Of a DNA stretch of 64,000 nucleotides, positions 10,768 through 20,051 are shown piece after piece. Under the pieces are notes generated by a model, which was given only the letters and a program-made list of their open reading frames with translations, did no database searches and was not told the DNA's origin. Each line of letters starts with the position of its first letter. The first letter of the stretch is position 1. Origin of the DNA: Candidatus Latescibacterota bacterium (lineage in GTDB: Bacteria > Latescibacterota > UBA2968); NCBI GenBank assembly GCA_965198115.1, contig OZ240241.1:2944001-3008000 (forward strand). Reading direction: 5' to 3'. A program made the translations under genes and the position numbers.

Positions 10768-12011
10768 TATTACTCCTGTTCTCAAATACGGTGACGTATT
10801 CTAAGCAGACTTTGCCAAGGGCGTATCGTAGAACCTGAGTTTGTCGATCATCTCCGCGAGATCTGTTCGTGTGAACTTCCATTTGAAGGGTGTGGCGATA
10901 CGTCCGTAGCGTTCCTGAAAACCGAGGATTCTTGCCTCAAGCTCTTCGAGCGATGCAAATTCGATAGGTGTCAGAGCCTTGCGTTTGAGGATCGAGAAGT
11001 AGATCTCGATCTGATTGAGCCAGCTTGCGTGGATCGGAAGGTGAACGGGGTGGATGTTTGGCCACTTCCCCTGGATACGGTCGATGCATGTTTGCCCTCG
11101 GTGCGAGGAGCCATTATCCACGATGAGGTAGACTTTCTTTGCCGAGCAATAGGGTTTCCGGCTCATGATCAGGCTCAGGAGCCGGTTGAAGGGCTCGATA
11201 CCCGAAGAAGACTCACAGAGACCGAAGATTCGACCATTGTGCACGTCGAGAGCAGCCAGATAGGCCAGGGCTCCTTTCCGCTCGTATTCGTGTTTCAACG
11301 CGTGCCGCTCTGTTCGAGGCTGGCGGTAGGGTAACGTGCTTGCGAGCTCGTGCTTGAATACTGGTCTTTTCGTCGGCAGAAAGTACATATTCCCTCGGCC
11401 CTAAAGGCTTTCCTTGCCATTGGCGGTGATACAGATCAAGGACTCTACCTGCTTTGGTTTGGAAGTCCGGGTCCCGTGGGAAAATCCAGGAGCGATGATA
11501 CCAAGGACGAATCGCGTCCTCGTTCAACCAGCGCCAGACAGTGGCGCCGCTGATCTTGGCAACGAAGCCCCTTTGCACTGCCTCGGCGGCAATCTCGGAA
11601 CAGCTGAACCGCGAGAGCGGTATCCCGCTCTCGCTCGGTAGTTCACACGCCAGCGCCTTGATCTGAACGACCACCTGAGGGGGGAAAACCGGGCGGGCGC
11701 CCGGGACGAGATCTATCTTCGAGTCCCGAAAGACGCTCTTCGAAAAAGCGCTTACGCCATTTGCTTACGATCGGACGCGGGACATCCAACCGTTGGGCGA
11801 TAATCTTGTTGGATAATCCCTCGGCGGCGAGAAGCACGATTTTCGATCGGATCACTTGATAATACGATAACGTATATTGTCCAGCCATTCGCTCGAGGTC
11901 GACCCGTTCCTTCTCAGACAGTAGCACCACATAAGGCGAACGTCTTGGCATTGTTCTCCTCCTTTTGAAGGAGAACATAAGCTACAAATAATGTTCAGGA
12001 CATACGTAATA
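10768..12011 (-). mobile_element. IS630-family element; transposase split across three frames (11951-11643, 11674-11213, 11388-10801)
   Basis: Imperfect IRs TATTACTCCTGTTCTCAA / TATTACGTATGTCCTGAA starting with TA. HTH N-terminus, SADEKTSIQAR, IVDNGSSH and HASWLNQIEIYF. Slippery TTTTCCCCCC near 11680 and a second shift near 11295. Confidence 0.9.
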
Positions 12012-12017
12012 ATATTT

Positions 12018-12925
12018 ATGAAATCATGCACTAAGTTGCCCGACCCACGAAACGCAGACATCAAGATCCACGTCGGCGGCGAACTCCTCTCGCGCGATCA
12101 GGCTAAGGTATCCGTGTTCGACAGTGTCGTCCAGGGGGGTGACGCGGTATGGGAGGGCCTGCGGGTCTACGAGGATCGCATTTTCCAGCTGGACGCACAC
12201 CTCGACCGACTCATCGACTCGGCAAAGGCGATGGCCTACACCGACATCCCCTCGCGTGAGGACATCAAGCAGGCCATCTTCGAAACGCTCCGGGCAAACG
12301 ACATGCGAGACGGCGTCCACATCCGTCTCACATTAACACGCGGAATGAAAGTCACGTCGGGCATGAGCCCGTACTGGAACCAGTACGGATCGTGCCTCAT
12401 CGTCCTTCCGGAGTGGAAACCGCCCGTCTACTCGACGGAAGGAGTCAGACTGGTCACCGCGTCGGTGCGACGAAATCCCCCGCATTGCATCGACTCAAAG
12501 ATTCACCACAACAACCTGATCAACAACATTCTCGCCAAAATCGAAGCGAATGTCGCTGGCGTGGATGACGCCGTCATGCTCGACATCTTCGGGTTCGTGT
12601 CAGAAACCAACGCCACGAACCTTTCATCGTCAAAAAAGGCATCGTGGTCACCCCACACGCCGACAGCTGCCTCCCGGGTATTACACGAGGCGTCGTCATC
12701 GACACCGCTCGCGATGCCGGCATCGACGTCGTTGAACGGAACGTCTCCCTGTCGGAGATCTATGCGGCCGACGAAGCCTTCACCACGGGCACGATGGGTG
12801 AGCTCAGCCCCATACTCGAAGTCGACGGCCGCACGATTGGCTCGGGGGATCCAGGACCCGTGACCGATCGTCTCAGAGACCTCTACGCGAAACGCACATC
12901 GAACGAGGGGGAGCGACTCCCCTGA
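12018..12925 (+). pseudogene. Class IV (branched-chain/D-amino acid-like) aminotransferase, 1-nt frameshift near 12622
   Basis: VSVFDSVVQGGDAVWEG, SKIHHNNL and VSETNATN, then in another frame CLPGITR..ADEAFTTGTMGEL. Adding one T to CTTTC restores the frame. Confidence 0.85.
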
Positions 12926-13047
12926 TAGCGCCCTCGTGCACAGCACGAGGGAGAGCGCGGAACATTCATCTTTTAATACAACAAAGCGTTGCACTCGTCC
13001 CGGCGCCTGTCCTGAGAGTAGTCGAAGGGCTGTGCACAGGGACGTCA
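12926..13047. repeat. MITE/REP-like element, related copy at ~52028-52110
   Basis: Terminal IR GCGCCCTCGTGCAC...GTGCACAGGGACG with internal CCCTTCGACTACTCTCAGGACAGG on the minus strand. The same arrangement is degenerate at 52 kb. Confidence 0.55.
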
Positions 13048-13084
13048 CAGACTGTTGCAACCCTAAACATCGGAGCGTGTACGC

Positions 13085-13531
13085 ATGTCCATCGAAGACA
13101 GACTCGAGGAACTGAACATCGACCTCCCTGAGGTTCCGGCACCCGGGGGCAACTACGTTCCCGCGGTTCGCACGGGAAACCTGCTCTACTTGTCCGGTAA
13201 GGGGTCCGGTCCGTCGACCGGCAAGGTCGACACAGACGTGGACCTCGAAACCGCCTACCAGGACGCACGTCGTGTCGGACTCGTCCTGATCGCAGTGATG
13301 AAGGAGGAACTGGGTAGTCTAGATCGGGTCAACCAGATCGTCAAGGTGCTCGGTATGGTGAATTCGGCCCCTGAATTCTCTGATCACCCAAAAGTCATCA
13401 ACGGATGCTCCGATCTCTTCGTCGAAGTCTTCGGCGACAAGGGGAAGCACGCACGCAGTGCCGTAGGCTTCGGCGCGTTGCCCGGCCAGATCACGGTCGA
13501 AATCGAAGTCATTGTCGAAGTTTCCGACTGA
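13085..13531 (+). CDS. RidA/YjgF family protein
   Basis: PAPGGNYVPAVRTGNLLYLSG, KVINGCSDL and GKHARSAVG. Confidence 0.9.
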   Translation: MSIEDRLEELNIDLPEVPAPGGNYVPAVRTGNLLYLSGKGSGPSTGKVDTDVDLETAYQDARRVGLVLIAVMKEELGSLDRVNQIVKVLGMVNSAPEFSDHPKVINGCSDLFVEVFGDKGKHARSAVGFGALPGQITVEIEVIVEVSD

Positions 13532-13564
13532 CAACACTCGCTAAGGTCACACCGGAGGCCATCC

Positions 13565-14395
13565 ATGATCGACGATCGCGACTGGTCCGAGCTCACACTC
13601 GGCGAACGCATGCGTCACGTCGAGGTCGAGGGCTACCTCGTCATTCCCGACCTGCTCGACGAAGATCACATCGCACGACTCAAAGAAGCCACGGCCCAGC
13701 TCGAGACGACGCCCGTAGATTACAGCGTCCATCAGCGGGGCTGTCCCAACCTCGAATTCGTCGGCGGTGTGCTCACCGACCTCATTGCGCATCCACCAAC
13801 GATCGCTTTCCTCGAAGAGATGTTCGGAGACAGCATCGTCCTCTCCCACTACGGCTACGCGAGATCCGAACCTGGCCATCCGGGCATCAGCTTCCACACG
13901 GACGGACAACCCTACGGGTCCCGCATCTTCGGCTACCTGGGCAGTGTCCCCGCGATGATTCGGGTCCTCTACTATCTCGATGACCTCACCCCCGAGGTGT
14001 CGCCCTTCCGAGTCATCCCCCGGTCGCATCTGTCGATGCACCCTGACGCCAACCCGTATCAACGGTTCCAAGGACACCCCGAAGCGGTCATCGTGCCGAC
14101 GAAAGCGGGCTCTGCTGTCTTCCTCAACCACAAGACCTTCCACGGCAACTGCCCGAATGTCGGTGACTATGCCCGCGAAATGCTGGCCATCGCCTATCGA
14201 CCTGCCTGGGCCGGACCCGTCGACAAAGTCGACGAATGGCCGGAAGACAAGGTTGACACCCTCCCCGAACCGGTTAGACGTTTCTTCACGATCAGCAAGA
14301 ACGCACGCCAGTGGGAACCCGAAGGTAGTAACAAGCCCCCGAACATGAAGAGTGAGGCGCCCGGCATGAACCCCAGTCGCTGGGAGCGCGTCTGA
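13565..14395 (+). CDS. PhyH family Fe/2OG dioxygenase (canonical HxD)
   Basis: EGYLVIPD, FHTDG, VIPRSH and KTFHGN. Confidence 0.85.
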   Translation: MIDDRDWSELTLGERMRHVEVEGYLVIPDLLDEDHIARLKEATAQLETTPVDYSVHQRGCPNLEFVGGVLTDLIAHPPTIAFLEEMFGDSIVLSHYGYARSEPGHPGISFHTDGQPYGSRIFGYLGSVPAMIRVLYYLDDLTPEVSPFRVIPRSHLSMHPDANPYQRFQGHPEAVIVPTKAGSAVFLNHKTFHGNCPNVGDYAREMLAIAYRPAWAGPVDKVDEWPEDKVDTLPEPVRRFFTISKNARQWEPEGSNKPPNMKSEAPGMNPSRWERV

Positions 14396-14396
14396 A

Positions 14397-15428
14397 ATGG
14401 TCTTCCGGATCGGTCTGACTGGCGACCTGCTGGGCCCGGATGGCAAATTGACTTATCAAGACATCGGGTTGAGCCTGCTCGAGACGGCCGACGGGGTGGA
14501 ACACGCGTTCTTCGATCGCCACGAACCCGAGATTCAGGCGGAGCAGATAGCCGGTCTCGACGCCATCCTCGCGTTGACCCCGACCGTCACCACAGCCACG
14601 CTCGGGGGCGCGGAGCAGTTGACCCACATCGGCCGCTTCGGTGTCGGCTACGACTCGGTCGACGTGGACGCCTGCACGGCCGCCGACGTCGTGCTCACCA
14701 TCACCGCTGGCGGCGTCAACTACTCCGTCGCTGAATCGGTCGTTGCCTTCATGCTCGCCCTGTCGCACAAGATGCTGATCAAGGACCGGATGACACGCGA
14801 GGGTCGTTGGGACGACCGGTCCGATCATATGGGCAGCGAGCTACGCGATCGGACCCTGGGCATCGTCGGTCTGGGTGGCATCGGCGCAACACTCGCAGAA
14901 ATGGTTGCCCCATTCCGGATGAAGGAAATCGTCGCGTTCGATCCCTACCTCAGTGAGGAACGCGCGTCCGAAGTCGGCGTCCGTCGCGTCAGTCTGGATG
15001 AACTCATGCGAGAAGCCGACTACGTCTCCGTCAACTGCCCGTTGAATGAATCGACCCGCAACCTCATCGGCGAAGCCCAGATCGGATTGATGAAGCCCAC
15101 TGCTTTTCTGATCAACACCGCCCGCGGGGGGATTGTCGACGAGACCCCGCTTATCGCAGCCCTCAAAGCGGGCCGGATCGCCGGAGCAGCCCTCGATTGC
15201 CACGAAACGGAACCTCTCCCGGGCGGCAGCCCGATCGCCGACCTCGACAACGTCATCGTGGCGCCGCACGCGATTTGCTGGTCGAACGAGCTGTTTCGAG
15301 ACCTCGGCCACATGGCCTGCGGCCAGATGCTCGAAATTTCCCGTGGAAAGATTCCCCACGGCGTCGTCAACACCGAAGTCTTGGACCGTCCCGGCTTCCA
15401 GGCGAAACTCGCACGTTACGGATCGTGA
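14397..15428 (+). CDS. D-2-hydroxyacid dehydrogenase family protein
   Basis: RFGVGYD, GIVGLGGIG, LINTARGGIVDE, ALDCHETEP and VAPH. Confidence 0.9.
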   Translation: MVFRIGLTGDLLGPDGKLTYQDIGLSLLETADGVEHAFFDRHEPEIQAEQIAGLDAILALTPTVTTATLGGAEQLTHIGRFGVGYDSVDVDACTAADVVLTITAGGVNYSVAESVVAFMLALSHKMLIKDRMTREGRWDDRSDHMGSELRDRTLGIVGLGGIGATLAEMVAPFRMKEIVAFDPYLSEERASEVGVRRVSLDELMREADYVSVNCPLNESTRNLIGEAQIGLMKPTAFLINTARGGIVDETPLIAALKAGRIAGAALDCHETEPLPGGSPIADLDNVIVAPHAICWSNELFRDLGHMACGQMLEISRGKIPHGVVNTEVLDRPGFQAKLARYGS

Positions 15429-15435
15429 GGGTGCA

Positions 15436-16599
15436 TTGAAAATCGAACGCATCGAAGCGACGACCGTCAGCGTGCCCTACACGCACCGCGAAACCAGCTC
15501 TCGCGTCCAGAGAGATGGTGTCACCGCCGTCGTCGTCAAGATCACGACCGACAATGGCCTCGTCGGCTGGGGTGAGAGTTGCCCGGGACCGAACGTCGAA
15601 AGTGTCTACGAAGTCGTCCAATCGACCGTCCCGCTCTTCACCGGCAGAGACCCGTGGGAGCGGGACGCCATCGCAGCAGATTTCTACGGGACCGCACATT
15701 GGTATCATCGCGAGATGACCGGCCACTTCGCGTTCGCCGGCATCGATATGGCCCTCAACGACCTGTGCGGAAAGGACGCCGGGCAGCCGCTCTACAACCT
15801 GTTCGGCGGTCTCCAACGTTCGGCCGTCGACTACTTCTGCTACCTGGCCTACGGCTCCGCAGACGAGGTAGCCGCTCAGGCGAAAGCGGGTGTTGACGCC
15901 AGCTACACGGTCTTCTACATCAAAGTCGGTATCGACTTCGCCCACGAAATCGACGTCATCGCCGCGCTGCGCGACACCATCGGCCCCGATCGCAAGATCC
16001 GCATCGACACGAATGGCTCCTGGACCGTCAACGAGGCCTTGCGCCACCTTGCCGAGTTCGATCGTTACGGCATCGACTTCGCCGAACAGCCCGTCTGGCC
16101 CGAGCCCATCGAAAACATGATCGAGATCCGCGGCCGGCAACCCGTCGCTATTTGCGCGAACGAGGGTCTCTGGCGCATCTGCGACGTCCACGAAATCATC
16201 AAACGCAGGGCGGCCGACGTCCTCTGCTTCAGCAGCAACTGGGTCGGCACTCTCGCCGACTTCCATCGCCTCAGCTGGCAGGCCCATCGCGAGGGCATCA
16301 CCGTCTGCCGCCACACCCACGGCGAGCTGGGTCTGATGGCCGCCGCCTCTCACCACATCTGCCTCAACCTGCCCAACCTCGTCGACGGCAACCAGCAAAC
16401 CGCTGCGATGATGGACAACGACATCCTCACACAGCCGCTCCCCATCGCCAAAGGCCCGACCTGGGGCATTCCCGAGGGCACGGGCCTCTGCGTCGACGTC
16501 GACGAAAGCAAAGTGGCCACGTATCACGAAACCTATCGCGAACGTGGCCAGTTCTTGCCCCATCAGCCGGAAATGTTCGGGTCACCGAGAGACCAGTAG
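15436..16599 (+). CDS. Mandelate racemase/muconate lactonizing enzyme family protein
   Basis: TTG start KIERIE, GLVGWGE, AGIDMALNDLCGK, RIDTN and FAEQP. Confidence 0.9.
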   Translation: MKIERIEATTVSVPYTHRETSSRVQRDGVTAVVVKITTDNGLVGWGESCPGPNVESVYEVVQSTVPLFTGRDPWERDAIAADFYGTAHWYHREMTGHFAFAGIDMALNDLCGKDAGQPLYNLFGGLQRSAVDYFCYLAYGSADEVAAQAKAGVDASYTVFYIKVGIDFAHEIDVIAALRDTIGPDRKIRIDTNGSWTVNEALRHLAEFDRYGIDFAEQPVWPEPIENMIEIRGRQPVAICANEGLWRICDVHEIIKRRAADVLCFSSNWVGTLADFHRLSWQAHREGITVCRHTHGELGLMAAASHHICLNLPNLVDGNQQTAAMMDNDILTQPLPIAKGPTWGIPEGTGLCVDVDESKVATYHETYRERGQFLPHQPEMFGSPRDQ

Positions 16600-16885
16600 A
16601 CCCTTCGTGGTAACAACCTTGGACGGCTCGTCCAGCGCAGATGGATACAGGTCAGGCCATCGCTTTTCGCAGTCGAATAACTTTGACTACCGGCAACACC
16701 GCTTGGGGCGCTCCACCTGAGTCCACCCCAAGTGTTACATTTTGCTACATCTCTCACTTTTTCAACCAGTTATGCGCGCGAAAGCCACCAGATTTCGCTT
16801 TTGGGGGCTAACTGACGCCGTGCCTCGAACGTATACTTTTCAAGGGGCTTGTCGAGAAGCGTCGGGAGAGAGTGAATGAACGCAC

Positions 16886-18369
16886 ATGCACCATCGCCAG
16901 AGGGTCAACGAACCAAACACATCGCTTCCTAGCGTTGTTTTTCAGAGCCTCGGCCCAACCTCTTTGGGTCTGTCGTTCCTCTGCCTCTTTTGCATAGCGA
17001 TAGAGGTATACTTTCTTCCCTCCAGCACCCTGATCGCATTCCTGCCGCTCCGTCTCATAACCGCGTTTCTTCTCGCCTTACTGTTCCATTTCTATAGAAA
17101 AAACCAGCTTCCCGAAACGTATGCTTTTGCCGCGGCCACCGGAATGGCAGCACTCGTACTCATCAACATCACGGTCGACTTCTACCTCGACCCACACGCT
17201 GCCCAAACGACCAACTACACGCTCCTGATCGTGGGTCTGGGTTACCTCCTTGCAGTACGCAGCTGGTTTTTCGTCACGACCGCGGTCTCCCTTGTAGTGT
17301 GGGCCACGATCGCGATCACCAGGGGCGAGCCGGGATTATGGCCGCACTTCACGATTGGACTCGTATCGTCCACCGTCCTCGCCATTGTCATCAATACCGT
17401 TCGGCGGTCCACGCTGATCCAAATCGCCGGGCTACACGACGCCGAAGCGAGCAGAAACCGTCGTCTCGAGTTATCGCTCCAAAAGGCGAGGGAATCAGAA
17501 CGGGCAGCCTACGACGCCAACCGCCTCAAAAGCGAATTTCTCGGCAGCGTCAGCAGCGACATCCGAGTTCCGATTCACAGCATCATCGGTCTCTCGAACC
17601 TCGCACTCGACTTGGAGTTGGACGACGACCAGCGGGAATACCTCGAAACCATCCGAGGGTCAGCGGAGAATCTGCTCGTGATGCTGACCAACACCCTCGA
17701 TCTCGCCCAGATTGAAACTGGGTCGCTGCGCATCAGCAAGGAGCCGTTCAACCTCCGACAATCCGTCGAGGACACGACGATCGCACTATCCCACCTGGCT
17801 CACCAGCGAGAGGTGGAGATCGACCTGCAGATTGCCGATCACATCCCTCGTGCTGTCAAGGGGGATGCTGCCAGATACCAGCAGATCCTCACGAATCTCG
17901 TTACGAACGCGATCCACGCTACGGAGGCGAGCGCGCTCGAGGTCGAGATCCGCATTCTGGCTGAAGTACGAGACGACCTTATCCTGAAGACCGAAGTCAG
18001 GGATCGCGGTGCGGAGATTCCGATGACGTGATGGCATCGATGTTCAGCGCGATGGAGGAACCGGGAGCGACATACGGCAGTAGACGGGGGACCGGCCTGG
18101 GATTGGCCATCTGTCAACGCCTGGTCACGTTGATGGGAGGCAGAATCTGGGTGGAAAGCCTGACGGACGGCGGAGTGGTCTTCGGATTCACCGTTCAGAT
18201 GTCACGAACCGAAGCGACGCCCCTACGTGTCTCGAGTCATGGATCGGATGTCCTGATCATCGACTCCAATCCAGTCAACCGGCTGATCATCGGTGATCTG
18301 GTCACCAAATGCGGTCACGTGCCGGCGGTCGTCGCAACCGCTGAGCACGCCCTTCGTCGCGCTCACTGA
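16886..18369 (+). pseudogene. Membrane hybrid sensor kinase-like gene: degenerate H-box, frameshift near 18022, truncated receiver
   Basis: About 5 TM helices. KSEFLGSVSSDIRVP lacks the His. N-box QILTNLVTNA, then GTGLGLAICQRLV in the second frame. REC start DVLIIDSNPVNR ends early. Confidence 0.75.
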
Positions 18370-18514
18370 TTGAGATCCTGGGGACGCCTGCGGCGCAAAC
18401 GGTCGAACCGTAGGGGCGAATTGCGATACGCGCATTCGGGCTCACCAAAGTCTCCTCGAGCATCAACAGACGCCCGACCCCGCAATACAGGTCCGACGCC
18501 GTCCTGCCCGGTCT

Positions 18515-19678
18515 TCAAACGCTGAACTCATCGACTGCCCCCTCATCGATCTCCACCCCCAGGCCCGGCGTGTCATCCAGCGAGAAGTGTCCGTCATCCG
18601 GGATCGGATAGCTTTTCGCGATACGACTCTTGTTTTCGTGGACGCTGTGGGAATGTTCGAGGATCTGGAAATTGGGAATCGCGGCCGAGTAATGAACCGA
18701 TGCGGCAACCGACAGAATCCCACCACCACCGACGTGCGGCGCAATCGGGAGGTTGTAGGCATCGCATAAAGCTGAAATGCGCTTGCCCTCCGTCAGCCCT
18801 GTTCGCGCGATATCTGGCATAGCCACGTCGAAGGCGCGAAAGTCGATCCACTGGCGCCACTCCCACGTCGTCCGCAGCCACTCACCCGTCGCCACCTGGA
18901 GGTCGAGCGCGCTCGCGATTTCGGCGTGGCCCTTCACATCTTCGGCAAGCGTGGGCGCCTCGAGCCACCGTACGTCGAGTGCCTCCAGATCTCGACCCAG
19001 TTGAATCGCCTGCGACACGTCGCGTGTCCCGTGCACGTCTACCAGCAGTTCCACGTCCGGCCCGACCTCATCGCGGACCGCTGCTACGATGTCCGAGATG
19101 GTTCGGTTGGGATGACGCATATGCAGTTTGAGGGCCTCGTAGCCCAGATCGACGTGACTTCGAGCTGCTGCACGTGTGCGTTCGGGGTCCGTGCCACCCA
19201 TCCCGGCATACAGGCGTACTGAATCCCGAAACTGCCCCCCCAACAGCTTGTAGACCGGCTTCTCCACCGCTTTCCCCAGCAGGTCGTAGATCGCCAGATC
19301 GACCCCGGCGAGGGCATCCACGTAAAACCCCGTGATGTGCCCGCGCTCCCGCATCGCACTGTAGAGCCTGTACCAGATGTATTCTACGTCGAACGGATCC
19401 CTGTCCAACAACACGGGCCGGCAGAGATCCTCGACGACGGTCGCCGCCGTCCTCGGTGAAACGGGCGCCTGTCCTTCCCCCCAGCCGACGAGCCCGTTGT
19501 CCGACTCGATCCGAACCAGACACGTCTCGTGCCGCTTCGAATAGATCGACGTCCAGGAATCCTTAGCCAGATGATAGTCCCCGTAGTCGGCCCGCGCGGG
19601 ATCCTCGACCTGCTCACGGTCGTCACCCCCCAGAGGAGGCAGCTTGATGGCGAAAGCATCGACGCTCTTGATCTTCAT
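18515..19678 (-). CDS. Mandelate racemase/galactonate dehydratase-like enolase superfamily protein
   Basis: MKIKSVDAF, GLVGWGE, AGVDLAIYDLLGK, LLVDVH, WLEAP and ATGE. Confidence 0.9.
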   Translation of the reverse strand: MKIKSVDAFAIKLPPLGGDDREQVEDPARADYGDYHLAKDSWTSIYSKRHETCLVRIESDNGLVGWGEGQAPVSPRTAATVVEDLCRPVLLDRDPFDVEYIWYRLYSAMRERGHITGFYVDALAGVDLAIYDLLGKAVEKPVYKLLGGQFRDSVRLYAGMGGTDPERTRAAARSHVDLGYEALKLHMRHPNRTISDIVAAVRDEVGPDVELLVDVHGTRDVSQAIQLGRDLEALDVRWLEAPTLAEDVKGHAEIASALDLQVATGEWLRTTWEWRQWIDFRAFDVAMPDIARTGLTEGKRISALCDAYNLPIAPHVGGGGILSVAASVHYSAAIPNFQILEHSHSVHENKSRIAKSYPIPDDGHFSLDDTPGLGVEIDEGAVDEFSV

Positions 19679-19839
19679 AGTCACTCCTCTCGAATGGCCC
19701 ACAGAATGGTCACCAGACGCTGGCCCGTCAACCGGGAGATGTCCTTGGAATCTGATTGACCCAGCGAATGGTTCACGCCATCCTGGATGGCAGCCAGACG
19801 ATGGTCTGCATTTCAGGCAAGGCGCCTATCGCCAACCGA

Positions 19840-20021
19840 TCATCCTGAGTAGGCGCTTCGCAGATGACTCTACACAACAGTTGCGTCTCAGAGGAATCGC
19901 CATATCGAAGGGCGATCGGTCTGTGGCCAGGGAGCCACCGGCCGCCCTTCGATACGACCTTGAAAGTTTACTTCACGATGGCTACGCAGCTCACCATTTG
20001 CGCTGAGGTCACTCAGGGTGA
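19840..20021. repeat. Nested palindromic REP-like element
   Basis: Outer IR TCATCCTGAGT / ACTCAGGGTGA. Inner perfect IR TATCGAAGGGCG (19903-19914) / CGCCCTTCGATA (19943-19954). Confidence 0.65.
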
Positions 20022-20051
20022 CCGGCGGCTCAATCGGCCAAGGATTGTCGA

